Below, piece by piece: positions 41,927 through 51,685 of a DNA stretch of 64,000 bases (position 1 is the first letter of the stretch; every line of letters begins with the position of its first letter). A program made the position numbers and the translations under genes. The notes under the pieces were generated by a model that did no database searches, was not told the origin of the DNA, and saw nothing but the letters and a program-made list of their open reading frames with translations. This stretch comes from Verrucomicrobiota bacterium (GTDB lineage: Bacteria > Verrucomicrobiota > Verrucomicrobiia > Opitutales > Coraliomargaritaceae). The stretch is taken from assembly GCA_039815375.1 (NCBI GenBank), contig JBCBZJ010000002.1, positions 32,001 through 96,000 on the forward strand. The letters are read 5' to 3'.

Positions 41927-42496
41927 TCAGTTTAGAGCATTTAATAAGTCCTCGGGTGCAAGACGCTCTCTATAGTTTGCATTGAAATGCCTGAAAGTGA
42001 CGCGACCATCAGCATCGATAATGTAGACAGCAGGTACTGGCAGCGTTTGATTCTTTTGCATCCATTTGCTGTATGATTCAAAAGCTAGGCCAAATGCTCT
42101 GGTTGTGGACAAGTTCGAGTCTGAATAAATGCTGTAGTTAAATTCAGTCTCACCGGCGTATTTTTTTGCGCCTTCTGGCAGATCCGGAGAGATGGCAATG
42201 ATACGGTAGTCCTTTTTCAGGATGGTTTGTTCATGATGGCCGACAGCTGCCAAATGCTTGGTGCAATAAGGACACCAACTGCCTCTGTAGAAAATGATAA
42301 TAACTTTCCCTTCTCCGATCACATCACTCAATGAAACTGTATCGCCTTTGACTGTGATCAATTCCGCTTCAGGGACCATGCTGCCTACTTCGATCGGGTT
42401 TACGTTCAACGGGTCATTCGGTACGGCACCGGATAGATAAGTTGCTGATGTACAGCCTAGTAGAAAAAGTAGAGATATTTTGAGTTTATTCAGCAT
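41927..42496 (-). CDS. Exported AhpC/TSA peroxiredoxin-like protein
   Basis: FYRGSWCPYC, AISPD, LPVPAVYIID; start moved to the signal-peptide ATG at 42496. Confidence 0.85.
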   Translation of the reverse strand: MLNKLKISLLFLLGCTSATYLSGAVPNDPLNVNPIEVGSMVPEAELITVKGDTVSLSDVIGEGKVIIIFYRGSWCPYCTKHLAAVGHHEQTILKKDYRIIAISPDLPEGAKKYAGETEFNYSIYSDSNLSTTRAFGLAFESYSKWMQKNQTLPVPAVYIIDADGRVTFRHFNANYRERLAPEDLLNALN

Positions 42497-42842
42497 ACTG
42501 CAGTTCGAGCGTAAATACATAGATTTATTCCATCTTATGCAGATGAGATGCAAGAAGAGATGAGAATCCAAAAGATCAAAGGTAATGATATGATCCATTG
42601 TTCTCCCTGGTTTGAGTGGGTCAGGATTTTTCCGAAGGTGTCGACGCCTATTAGGGCACGACTTGCTCCAGATGACCTTGCACGCTTTTGCCGATAGCTT
42701 TGGGGAGCAACTCGGCTTTGTGTAGTTCAAAGATAGCGAAAGTGGATTCGAGGTTTTATATGAAATAAAATCGGGTTCTGCTTCTCTAAAGTTCAGACAA
42801 ACAACGCCCGCCCATACGTGTTACTTAATTCTATTCGATACT

Positions 42843-43112
42843 ATGAGAAAAAATATTCATATCCTCGTATTCGCTTTGTTTGTTGGCGCCAGCTCTCACG
42901 CTACTTCTCACCACAGGTTTGGAGGGTATTCAAAGTCGTCACATGTTTATTCAAAATACAAGCACAGTAACTCCATTTCGAAGTTTTATTCACAAAAGCG
43001 ATACTCTGCACCTTCGAAGAAACGGTATTTGAATGACTCGAGGTTTAGCTCATCAAAAGGTCGGTATTCTTACCGTAGTTTCAAACGTGGCTATCGATGC
43101 CGACGGAGATAA
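42843..43112 (+). CDS. Small basic secreted hypothetical protein
   Basis: Signal peptide ending SHA, then an S/K/R/Y/H-rich tail. Confidence 0.45.
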   Translation: MRKNIHILVFALFVGASSHATSHHRFGGYSKSSHVYSKYKHSNSISKFYSQKRYSAPSKKRYLNDSRFSSSKGRYSYRSFKRGYRCRRR

Positions 43113-43509
43113 ATGGATCAAATTTGAGTGAAACGTTATCTTTTGTTGCTGATCAAATTACTAACTCGATAAGAGCACCTCGCGTTCAGGCGATCCGCGA
43201 TCCGCTATACATGGGTTTCTGGTTATTTGTCTGCTTTTTTGATATGCGTGCGATTTCAATCTTCTAGCCAGCTCCTTTTGTTCAGTAAGTGATAGAGTAG
43301 TTATCTTGCTTTAAGTGTTTCAATCCACTTGCGACAAGTGCTTCCCACTTTGCTTCGTTTAATCCCTTCAAATCTAAACTCGCCCAGTCGATGTTTGGAT
43401 GCTGGGCGGCCAAATCCTTTGCGAGTGCTTTCTGCCCCCTTGGAGCCTGCAAACCACCCACTGCAGTAACGTTGCATTAATTACATACGTTCTTTTGGGA
43501 TCTTTAGCT

Positions 43510-43595
43510 TCGCCTTACTTTCAAGCGCTTTTTCTGCGCTCATGGGGGTTAGTATTGGAGCTGCTTGCCTCTTGCACAGGCGACGGCAGGAGTGA
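43510..43595 (+). pseudogene. Possible orphan PEP-CTERM tail remnant
   Basis: SSAFSALMGVSIGAACLLHRRRQE* with no VPE motif and no upstream ORF. Confidence 0.3.
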
Positions 43596-43823
43596 TCGTA
43601 TACCGATCTGAAAATTGTGCTGCTTGGCCTGGGGGACGAGTGTCGGAAGCCTCCTGCAGCACTTTGGGCAACGATTTCGTTCTCATTGGATAGTGCCGAA
43701 AGGGCAGATCATTGCTTCGCTTGGTTTGAGTAAAATACTACGAAACGCGAAAAATCAGGTCATATTCATCTTGGATTCATCTTTCGGTCTATATATTGCT
43801 AGCTTTAGATTATCTTGCCGCGA

Positions 43824-44498
43824 ATGAAATTAGAAAAATCAACCCAATCCTCAAACAGATTCTCTGCGAGCTCTAAAGGCGGTTTCGCGCTTGCCATGAC
43901 TGCACTGGCCAGCAGTGCCAAGGCGAACATCGAATTGTTCGTTCCGAGCACTGTTCCATTTACGGAGGGTCCTGGTTTTTTCGCAAGTCTCTCGTTCGAC
44001 CCGTTGAGCACTACGCCCAGCACATCCGGTTCTGGGCTCATTAACATTTCAGGCTGTGGGGGAACACTTGGATTTACAACGAATACGGTCACGACGACGA
44101 TCAACGAGCTTCAGTTTTTAACGGATTTTGGCAACGTCCAGACTCTGAGTTTTGGCGAAACGATTGATGCGACTGATACTTGGAGTGCATCAGGAGGGAC
44201 ACCTAATCCATTTGCCGACGGGGCCTATGCGGGAGACGACAGTATCGTTTATTTCGGCTATCGTTTCAGGACCGATACGATGGACTCGGATGACTGGTTG
44301 TATGCCTATGGTGAGATATCAGGAGAGATCTTTTCCGAGTCTCCCACCGAAAACACAGTGTCCATTTACAAATGGGCTTACAATTCGGATGAAAATGTTG
44401 GCATTACAGCCGGGGCGGTCCCAGAGCCTGCGGCATTTAGTGCATTCCTCGGTGTATTTGTCTTGGGGGTAATTCTTTGCCGAAGACGATTGAAGTAA
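43824..44498 (+). CDS. PEP-CTERM sorting domain protein
   Basis: Ser/Thr-rich; C-terminal VPEPAA + TM + RRRLK. Confidence 0.9.
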   Translation: MKLEKSTQSSNRFSASSKGGFALAMTALASSAKANIELFVPSTVPFTEGPGFFASLSFDPLSTTPSTSGSGLINISGCGGTLGFTTNTVTTTINELQFLTDFGNVQTLSFGETIDATDTWSASGGTPNPFADGAYAGDDSIVYFGYRFRTDTMDSDDWLYAYGEISGEIFSESPTENTVSIYKWAYNSDENVGITAGAVPEPAAFSAFLGVFVLGVILCRRRLK

Positions 44499-44555
44499 CG
44501 TGCAGATTCGCATGTTCTCGGCCTCTTGAAAAGTGGGGATCAGTCCGGTGAACTT

Positions 44556-46289
44556 ATGGAAGCGCTCTCGCGTTCCGAAAAGCTCTACCATTCACGACGT
44601 TTTCAAGCAGCTCTGGAGATTCTAGAGCCCAAGTTGAGGGAAACTCCGGATTCGGTCGAGCTCTACTGCTTGACAGGGAAGTGTCGATTGAAGCTTGGCG
44701 ACGCTGAGGGTGCAGCTGAGGTATTTGGCTACGCACTTCAACTTGATGTGCACAGTGTAGCGGCCCTTCAAGGAATGGCTCAAGCATTCGAAGCAGGTGG
44801 TTTGCTTGACCCCGCGATTGAGGCTTGGCGGCAAGCCTTGTTAAGAGAAGTGAGCAATGAGTTCGCGCGGGATAATTTGGCTCGATTGCTTTACCATACA
44901 AAACATCTGGAAGATGCAGCCAATGTGTTGGCGAGTGGACTGCAACTTCGGCCAGAGCACCCCGGTTGGCGAACCAGTCTTTCGGGCTGCTTGCTTGCGC
45001 AAGGGCGGCTTGATGAGCTGGATGAGCTCGCACGTAAGCCACGGGATTTTCGACGGGACAATCCGAGCCTTCATATGAATTGGGTCCGCGCGCAGCTTTA
45101 TCTTTCCTCTTCCGATGGGAACTTCTTGAAGAAGGTGGCAGTTGAATGGGCATCCTGGCATACGCCTCTCTCCAAGGATCGGCCGCGGTTACCATCCTTG
45201 GAAGGCCCGCTTCGTATTGGTATTCTAAATACTTGCCTCCATATGCATAACACGACGCAGCATTTGCTGGGCTGGTTGCCACATGTCGACCCCGAGCGAA
45301 TAGAAGTTTATCTGTATGCCGGGTCTCAGAAAACTGACGCTTGGACAGAACGTGCTGCCAAGTATGCTAGTTCGCTTACGTCTATTGCGGGGCTTGCCGA
45401 TGTGGAGGCCTGTAGACTTATTCAGTCACATCGTCTCCATGTGCTTATCGATATGAACGAGTTTGCTAATGGCGGACGCCTGGCTCTCATTGCGCTTCGC
45501 CCTGCGCCGATTCTGCTCCACTGGTATGGCAACGCGATAACGACGGGTCTTTCGGTATTGGATGGACGATTCTCCGATGAGTTTGCGGAGCCAGCAGGAA
45601 CACTCGATGATTCAAGTGTCGAGCCCATCATTCGGTTGTCTGGAGGGTATCATTCCTATACCGACCCGCCCAACTGTGCGGCACCGGTCTTCGAGACTGA
45701 CCGTGACCAACAACCAGTGCTCGGCTGTATTCATCATCCTGCGAAATATAGCTTGGAGTTCCTTGAAGTCCTGAAGGAAATACTGCAACGCGCTCCACAG
45801 GCAAAATTGGTCTGCCGGCGTGATGTCTTTCAAGACAGACTCGTTCGTCAGCGATTTTATAATCGTTTACGGGCTGTAGGTTTGCCGATGGAACGAGTTG
45901 AGCTACTTGGAGATGAGGGTGCGATTAGCACACTAGCCTGCTTCAACGACTTTGATTTAGTTCCCGATTCCTTTCCCTTTACCGGAGATGCGACTGCCTG
46001 TGACACTTTACGAATGGGTGTGCCTATGGTGAGCTTACAGGGAGAGCACCTTTGCTCACGCCGGGGTGCCTCGCTGCTAAAGCAGATTGGTTTTGAAAAA
46101 TGGGTTGCTGCTGATACCGAAGCCTATGTTGCGATTGTTTGTGAGTTGCTTAGCGATTTAAATAGGATAAGATCTATTCGTCGTAAAGTCGCTGAAGCAT
46201 TTCAGAAATCTCCGCTTTGTGATGGTGCCCATCTTGCGGAAGAATTGACTGTCAGCATCGAGGCTCTGGTCGCAAGACAGCCTTTGTAG
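44556..46289 (+). CDS. TPR plus GT41 (O-GlcNAc transferase / SPINDLY-like) glycosyltransferase
   Basis: N-terminal TPRs; LRIGIL..LHMH, ALRPAPI, TTGL, PAKYS, DSFPFTG, MGVPMVSL, SRRGASLL. Confidence 0.85.
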   Translation: MEALSRSEKLYHSRRFQAALEILEPKLRETPDSVELYCLTGKCRLKLGDAEGAAEVFGYALQLDVHSVAALQGMAQAFEAGGLLDPAIEAWRQALLREVSNEFARDNLARLLYHTKHLEDAANVLASGLQLRPEHPGWRTSLSGCLLAQGRLDELDELARKPRDFRRDNPSLHMNWVRAQLYLSSSDGNFLKKVAVEWASWHTPLSKDRPRLPSLEGPLRIGILNTCLHMHNTTQHLLGWLPHVDPERIEVYLYAGSQKTDAWTERAAKYASSLTSIAGLADVEACRLIQSHRLHVLIDMNEFANGGRLALIALRPAPILLHWYGNAITTGLSVLDGRFSDEFAEPAGTLDDSSVEPIIRLSGGYHSYTDPPNCAAPVFETDRDQQPVLGCIHHPAKYSLEFLEVLKEILQRAPQAKLVCRRDVFQDRLVRQRFYNRLRAVGLPMERVELLGDEGAISTLACFNDFDLVPDSFPFTGDATACDTLRMGVPMVSLQGEHLCSRRGASLLKQIGFEKWVAADTEAYVAIVCELLSDLNRIRSIRRKVAEAFQKSPLCDGAHLAEELTVSIEALVARQPL

Positions 46290-46582
46290 ACCTTTGATTC
46301 CGGCTGATCTTAATGAGCGCGAAGGTGCTAGCCCCTGCCGATCAATTCGAATGAAAGCACGACAAGATAGTCTGCCGGCAACCTGATCGAAATCGGTAGT
46401 TCAGGTGTCTGCGTTGGCATCTTCGACGGCATCGAATTCGAGTTCGATTTGGCAATTGATATCTTTAGCATTATTCCCGGATCGAGGCCACCTTTCCGCC
46501 CTCGCTGAAACTAGTCTGGGAATGGTTTGCCTGCAGCTCGGAAAGCGACGGAAGTAATTGAGACGGCCACTAGTAGGAGCGC

Positions 46583-46825
46583 TTAAGACTCTTTCGGAGG
46601 TAGTGAGGCGTAGTAGGGCACGACCTGTCCCAGGTGACCTTCAATGATTTTGCCTACGGCTTCGGCGGGCAGCTGGCCTTTGTGCAGCTCGAAAATCGCG
46701 ACCAGAAGCGAGAGCTCGATATCCATTTTCTTTGGCGTAGTCGCCTGCATCTCCGCGAGAATTGCGAGCGCTTTACTTTCAGCTTTCTTGTAATACTTAA
46801 AATTCTCTTCAGATGGCGTAGGCAT
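46583..46825 (-). CDS. Hypothetical 80-aa protein (paralog of 55840-56031)
   Basis: Complete ORF, nearly identical in protein sequence to the truncated copy at 56 kb. Confidence 0.75.
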   Translation of the reverse strand: MPTPSEENFKYYKKAESKALAILAEMQATTPKKMDIELSLLVAIFELHKGQLPAEAVGKIIEGHLGQVVPYYASLPPKES

Positions 46826-47020
46826 CCGTTGAACGATTACTAGATGACTCTTCCAGTCAAGCGACTAGCCTGAACGATCCAAATGTCGGGAAGCACGCGT
46901 CATTCCATGGCCTATTTGCAGGTGTTTCTACATGGATTCTTTGGGGGAAGGGAGAACCCGTCGTCAGCGGCTCTTCGGATGTTACTCTTGATCTCTTTAG
47001 ACCATCCAGATCACTCAAAA

Positions 47021-47656
47021 CTACCTCTTTACATAGAGCTTAACATTATCAAGTAAATGTGACGAGTCGATATCCCCATCGGAAGCCGTGTGTGGCGTAA
47101 TGGTGAAGACGATCTGATGTACTCCGGCTGGCACCTTGTATTCACCTCGATGAGTTTTCCACGCAGTCTTATCGGATGCAAACGCACCTTGCTTTTTCTT
47201 GGCGCTTTCCGGACCGATGGACACAATGAAGGTATCGACTCCTCTACGGCCCCGATGTTGGAGTTCCCATACCAATAGCTGTCCAGGTTCGACCTCCACC
47301 AGCTGATTGTGGTGATTGCCGTCCATTTCAACAAACACATTACCCTCCGCCGCATCGATTCTAAGGAATCCACTCGTACCCAGCTCCAGCGTACCCCCCT
47401 TGGAGACGCCACCTTGCTGTAAGGGAATACCGCCTGTCGTATACCACCCGGGAAAAGCACTGTCCTTATATACATCGATAAAGTGACCCTTCCCACTCGA
47501 ACGACCTTCCGTCTCGATTAGCGCCTTGGCCGAAATATAATCCTTATCGCTGGTCTCTTCAAAGCTGCCATTGATCAGGAGATTCACCGGCTTGTCGGCA
47601 AAGGTCATACTGAAAGAGAGAAGCGGGATGAGCACTAGGTGATAATTGCGTGTCAT
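47021..47656 (-). CDS. Exported hypothetical protein, possibly with a galactose-binding-like fold
   Basis: Signal peptide; NLLINGSFE, AAEGNVFVE, LLDNV. Confidence 0.65.
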   Translation of the reverse strand: MTRNYHLVLIPLLSFSMTFADKPVNLLINGSFEETSDKDYISAKALIETEGRSSGKGHFIDVYKDSAFPGWYTTGGIPLQQGGVSKGGTLELGTSGFLRIDAAEGNVFVEMDGNHHNQLVEVEPGQLLVWELQHRGRRGVDTFIVSIGPESAKKKQGAFASDKTAWKTHRGEYKVPAGVHQIVFTITPHTASDGDIDSSHLLDNVKLYVKR

Positions 47657-47845
47657 AACTTTTACTGTTTATGGGGATTTGCTTTTATCCGAAGCAGTCA
47701 TTGCGCGGGTGTAAGGCACACCTGCAACGACTTGCTTAAAAAGCTGAGAAAGATCGGGTCGGTGCTCAGTCTCTGAGAAAACGTTGAGGCTATTCCTGAA
47801 GGTAGGAAAGTGTAGAGATGGTAATCAGGTAGGGGCGAACAAAAT

Positions 47846-47924
47846 CACGCTGAGGCACAGAGAAGAAGGATTCATGGCAGTATTGTAGGCTATTTGCCTT
47901 GAGCGATCACGCTTAGCGGGAGAG
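47846..47924 (+). repeat. Dispersed repeat related to 51371-51460 and about 53869-53935
   Basis: TGCCTTGAGCGATCACGCTTAGCGGGAGAG versus TGCCTTGAGCGATCCCGCTTTGCGGGAGAG; shared CACGC..AGGC.C.GAGA head. Confidence 0.7.
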
Positions 47925-47963
47925 TGGGAGTGGGTGTGAGAAAAGCTCGGTGTCTCAAGTAGG

Positions 47964-48443
47964 CTAATAGAGGGCCCGCCTCACTTCTCGTGCATGCCGT
48001 TCGAGCAACTCGGCAGCTTTGAGAGCAGCAAGTCTTTCGATGGAATCGCTTTTGAAGTTAATGTTCTGTTTTAACTTCTCGTAGGAGTCTATTACCACTA
48101 ACCAGCCCGCGTATGGATTGTCCAAAGCATTTTCACGTTCAAGCTGATCTTCGATGTTTCCTGCGAGGTAGGATATTAAGACGAGATACTTGAGAGTCGC
48201 CTTCCGATCCTTGCTAAATCCCCATTCCTCGTCCGCCCATGGAGCTGTTAGTTTCCCTATGATGATTTTTACTTTGGGCGAGGTTTGAGCAAAGCGAATG
48301 AGGACTTTTCCTGCTTCTTCATTCTGCGAGTCTAAGATGTTCTCTTTGATTTGTTGGATCGCCTGGATAACATCCCGTTCGGTCGGTTGCTCGAAGGCCA
48401 GCACAGGCAAAGCCAAAAGGAGTGAGAGGAAAATGTGTTTCAT
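47964..48443 (-). CDS. Exported hypothetical protein
   Basis: Clear signal peptide; no family recognised. Confidence 0.7.
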   Translation of the reverse strand: MKHIFLSLLLALPVLAFEQPTERDVIQAIQQIKENILDSQNEEAGKVLIRFAQTSPKVKIIIGKLTAPWADEEWGFSKDRKATLKYLVLISYLAGNIEDQLERENALDNPYAGWLVVIDSYEKLKQNINFKSDSIERLAALKAAELLERHAREVRRALY

Positions 48444-48732
48444 GTTTCTTTCGCTGGATTGGAGGATGCGCGATTGTAGAGCCTGTTCTAGTTTTGCCTA
48501 TATGACTAAGATCGTAAAGAAGAGTGGGGCACATCGCCATCTTTGTGGATTGTTCTATCGCAGGCTCTCTAGCATTAAGACTCAGAGAGAGGGCAAACGC
48601 AAAATTTAAAACTCAGTTTCCTGACATCGTTCGGATGTCCCATTCGCAGACATTCGGCGATTCAGGTATTCGTCAAAACATTGATGCTGGACTCAAGCTG
48701 CTTGCGAAGCAGGACCTTTAGCACCCGTGTTT

Positions 48733-49113
48733 ATGAAGCTCAAAAATTTTCGATCTATTATCTCACTGATAGCCGGGCTTTGCATGTTCGCAGGTTGTGC
48801 TACCGTCACAGGAGGCTTGGAGCAGGATATCAACATCGATAGTAAACCTCAGGGTGCAACTGTTCTAATCAATGGAGTAGAGCAGGGTAAGACCCCAATA
48901 ACCGTTGAGCTTTCTCGTAAGACGAGCCACCTCGTGGAGATTTCCATGCCCGGTTACAAGTATTATGAAATCACGGTCGAGCCCAAGATGAACAATGCGG
49001 TATATGGCAATATTTTGGCTGGTGGGGCAATTGGTATGATGGTTGATGGTTCGAACGGAGCCAGCAATTCCCTGCATCCAGATGAGATTCTGGCTATACT
49101 TGAAAAGCGTTAA
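48733..49113 (+). CDS. PEGA domain lipoprotein
   Basis: Lipobox FAGC; IDSKPQGATVLINGVEQGKTP, GNILAGGAIG. Confidence 0.85.
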   Translation: MKLKNFRSIISLIAGLCMFAGCATVTGGLEQDINIDSKPQGATVLINGVEQGKTPITVELSRKTSHLVEISMPGYKYYEITVEPKMNNAVYGNILAGGAIGMMVDGSNGASNSLHPDEILAILEKR

Positions 49114-49434
49114 GTTCCTTTACGAACATTCTTTTCCGGCTTTGTGTTTCTCTTTCAAGTTTATCTGATTTTAAAAGCAATGTAAGTATTGGTTTTTGAG
49201 GATTGGTATCGGCGTTCTTTGTAAGTCCAAGGACAACTTACACGACTATACTTCCATTTTTCCTTTCTACTTTCATGCCGCCAGAGGTCACTTTTTCAAC
49301 CTGACAACATACCTTTATTGCCAACAACTTAAGGCAATACACCAGAAAAAAGCTTGATGACTCTTTCTACTGCGCTCGTCTTCGGGGAGCTTGGCCAGTC
49401 AGTCTGACCTTATGCGAAGAGAAAGCTAAGGCTT

Positions 49435-50286
49435 CTAAATAGAGCTTTTTCTTCTATCGAATCCGGCAAAAAGGACAATAAGTATGGAAAGCCAAAGAAC
49501 TAAATGAGAGGGCTCTGGGATTGGAACAACATCTTCCCATTCAGTAGCAATGGTCAAAGCGTCGAACCACAAGCGGTCATTTGAATTCAGATTTACAGAG
49601 CGAAAGCCCACTGCGCTGAATTCCGAAAATTGAATGTTTCCTGTTGAAGTTCCTAATGGACTATTACTATCGCCAACAGAAGGATTTACCCAGAGATCCA
49701 ACTGATTATAAGTGCTCATGCCGCCAGTCTTCGAAATCTTTGCCACCATGTAATACGTTTGGCCAATATTCATTTCTGAGCCATACACTTCCCGATTACC
49801 TGTGATACGGCCCATGAGATCCTCGTCATTGGGACCAAAATTTGATTTTAGACCTATGGATGGGGCACCAACGAAGAGGGCTTCTCCCAACCAGAGGGCA
49901 GCAAAATCGTTTTTAGCAAAACTTGTCCCCGGAGCAGCATAAAAAAGAAAGCCAACATAAATAGTATCAGAGACCGGTGCCTGAAGAGTACGGCTAAAAA
50001 CTGTATTGCTATTACCGTTAATCTCGTTGGCACGATTACCTCCATCGATCAAGCCGCCACCAGGGATTTGATAGCTGAGGGCGCCGTTGGGATTGATGAT
50101 GCTCGTTACCACAGTGTTTGCTGACCAAGGGTCCCCCCATCCATCACCTGCGTTGTTATTCCCAGCCTCTAAGTCTCCTAAATCATAGTCTTCAAAATCA
50201 TCGTAAGCGAGAACTACTCCTAAAGCTGGCCTCAATAAGAGGCAGGAAACCATGATTATAATAAAACTAAATGAAGATAATTTCAC
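49435..50286 (-). CDS. PEP-CTERM sorting domain protein
   Basis: Signal peptide; C-terminal VPIPEPS + TM + RRK. Confidence 0.85.
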   Translation of the reverse strand: MKLSSFSFIIIMVSCLLLRPALGVVLAYDDFEDYDLGDLEAGNNNAGDGWGDPWSANTVVTSIINPNGALSYQIPGGGLIDGGNRANEINGNSNTVFSRTLQAPVSDTIYVGFLFYAAPGTSFAKNDFAALWLGEALFVGAPSIGLKSNFGPNDEDLMGRITGNREVYGSEMNIGQTYYMVAKISKTGGMSTYNQLDLWVNPSVGDSNSPLGTSTGNIQFSEFSAVGFRSVNLNSNDRLWFDALTIATEWEDVVPIPEPSHLVLWLSILIVLFAGFDRRKSSI

Positions 50287-50571
50287 AACTCAAAGGATAC
50301 GTGCCAAAACAACTATAAACATAATATGTTATGCAAAAAGAATTTAGGTAAAATCCTCGTGAATCTAATACCTTTCCAAAGCTATTATAAATACACTACT
50401 TACCCGAAGGAATAGAGGGAGCTCCCTTAGTAGGAAGAAGACTTTCCGGTTCTTTTAGCTAAGATTGACCTCGCCCAGGAAAACTCTGCTCTTCTATTTC
50501 TATAAAAAACAAAAAGGGTCAGTAAAACAAGGTAAAACAAAAGAGTCCAAGAAGCACCCAGGTGTCGGCAA

Positions 50572-50637
50572 GCTCCAGATGCTCCTTCCACTCTTCGAAT
50601 CTATCTCATACAAACTGAAGAAATGATCCCGTTTGCC
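50572..50637 (-). repeat. Orphan copy of the 3' end of the sulfatase gene (about 54220-54287)
   Basis: GCTCCAGATG..CCACTCTTCGAATCTATCTCATACA..CTGAAGAAATGATCCCGTTT present at both loci. Confidence 0.8.
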
Positions 50638-50654
50638 CTTTTTTCGCTCCGCCC

Positions 50655-51080
50655 TTATGTCGATGCCTGGGCGGATTGAGTGGCTTGTTTCAGTTGTTTT
50701 ATCAATCCGAATACATCAATTTCAGCCCAGAGTTCGGCAATTTTGCCGGACTCAAAGCGCTCGATAGTTATACCTTTCAAAGAAATTTTTCCGCCGGTTG
50801 CGGGGATGCCGAAAAATTCTCCTTGGTGGCTTGCGACGAGTGACCATCGGATGACGATGCGGTCATTCGATCCAAATATATCGTGGATCGTGGTATGGGC
50901 ATCTGGGAAAGCTTGTTGAAAAGCGGCTACATTTTCACGTATGCCGTTGTGACCTTTTGAAGATTTGAATAGGTGTCCGACAAAATCCTCGGTGAATACC
51001 TCATCAATCACATCAAAATTTTTGTTGTTCCACAGCTCTTCGATGTAGCGGCGGGCGATGGCTTCATTTTCTTGATACAT
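50655..51080 (-). CDS. SnoaL-like ester cyclase family protein
   Basis: AFPDAH, HQGEFFGIPATG, GKIAELW. Confidence 0.88.
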   Translation of the reverse strand: MYQENEAIARRYIEELWNNKNFDVIDEVFTEDFVGHLFKSSKGHNGIRENVAAFQQAFPDAHTTIHDIFGSNDRIVIRWSLVASHQGEFFGIPATGGKISLKGITIERFESGKIAELWAEIDVFGLIKQLKQATQSAQAST

Positions 51081-51370
51081 GATTAGATCGGTGAGTGCGT
51101 CTCGCACGGACACTTCATCCCAGTGAGATGAGTCGCGAATTGTGAGGAGTGAAGATTGAAGCCATCAACGAAGAAACTGGTTCGTCGATCTCCATTTTTT
51201 TAGCCATTTGTGCGCTTGTGACTTCCATATAAAAAATAACCACATAGACCGCAGGGGCCATGGGTTCTTAACTATTTAAAGCTAAGCGTTATACGGGGAA
51301 GAATACAAACACCTTTGTTCAGAAAGTGGTTGAAGCCAAGGAAGAGACGCGTGGGAATTTTGGAGATTCC

Positions 51371-51460
51371 CACGCGAAGGCGCGGAGAGGGGATTACGGT
51401 GTCGTAAGTCTTGGTGTCTCTGCGCCTTCGTGCCTTGAGCGATCCCGCTTTGCGGGAGAG
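51371..51460 (+). repeat. Palindromic dispersed repeat
   Basis: GCGAAGGCGCGGAGA...TCTCTGCGCCTTCGT inverted repeat, plus a tail shared with 47895-47924. Confidence 0.7.
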
Positions 51461-51487
51461 CGGCAAACTCGTTTGCATGGTCTATGT

Positions 51488-51681
51488 TCAAAGCAACCCT
51501 GCTTCGCTGAAGGAATAATAGTCGCCTTAGCCGATGATGGTGTGGTCGCAAAAGCGGATGCCGAGGCCTTGCATATGCCTGCGTAGCTCGCGGGTGAAGT
51601 TTTCGTCCTCGGGGCTGGGCGTCGGGTCGCTGGATGGGTGGTTGTGCACCAGGATCACATGATACGTACTTAGGGTAATCG
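51488..51681 (-). pseudogene. radC: radC (JAB domain) 3' fragment A
   Basis: YHVILVHNHPSSDPTPSPEDENFTRELRRHMQGLGIRFCDHTIIG*GDYYSFSEAGLL*; internal stop, no 5' part. Confidence 0.85.
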
Positions 51682-51685
51682 AACT

